Part shown: positions 36,138 through 36,555 of the stretch, in pieces
Position numbering within the stretch: position 1 is the first letter of the stretch
Layout of the letters: each line of letters opens with the position of its first letter
Source of the DNA: Seison nebaliae
Lineage: Eukaryota
Direction: 5' to 3'
DNA length: 36,555 bases
Assembly (NCBI GenBank): GCA_023231475.1
Contig: JALJEE010002172.1
Span: forward strand, 1 to 36,555
Position numbers and translations under genes: made by a program
Notes under the pieces: model-generated
The model's database searches: none
What the model was told of the DNA's origin: nothing
The model's input: the letters and a program-made list of their open reading frames with translations, nothing else

Positions 36138-36555
36138 TTTAAAATAAACTAGATGTACGAAAACGTATTCTAAAAAAATGGAAAAATTAAAATCAAAATA
36201 TTAGTTTGTTAAGTAAATCGAAGTATCTTTTGGTTTTTGTTTTCTTAAATGTAAAAATTTATGTTTTAAACCAAAATTGTTATTCTAAACTGTCTATCGT
36301 GAGACGAGTTAGGTGTAGATTGAGAACTATGCGTGTTTATAAAAGTATTTATAATATTTATTATTTAATCAACATTTTTATTAAAAAAACACTAAAAATT
36401 CATGCTAATTAAATATATAAAGTAAACATTTGAACATAATTCGGGTTGTGCATAACGCACTAATCTATGCACGTTCATAATCTTCTCATCAGTACCTCAA
36501 CCGAAACTACAAATATGAGTACTCAGAATGCATTCGGTTTACTTTGAATATAAGA

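Overview
This is eukaryotic, very AT-rich animal genomic DNA with tiny spliceosomal introns (44-70 nt), not prokaryotic sequence. I reconstructed four genes by hand: CDK8 (+, 6 exons, about 595 aa, long Q/N/H-rich tail), a protocadherin (-, 3 exons, about 1,680 aa), a bacterial-like DUF3472 protein (+, 2 exons, 295 aa; candidate domesticated horizontal transfer) and a GABA-B receptor subunit 2-like class C GPCR (-, 13 exons, about 900-aa C-terminal tail). A fifth, unidentified acidic 463-aa ORF lies at the right end and is followed by decayed exon-like sequence. The left end holds transposon debris: a piggyBac-like terminus, a non-LTR RT remnant and a spaced 15-bp repeat array. Genes sit in tight tail-to-tail pairs separated by two long tracts without recognisable genes (about 10.7 and 8 kb). 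The most striking observation is that all 20 inferred introns begin GTT rather than the usual GTR and mostly lack G at -1 and +5, which suggests a rewired 5' splice-site code. A compact spiralian genome is my inference only. All models come from reading the sequence, with no database searches or RNA data.
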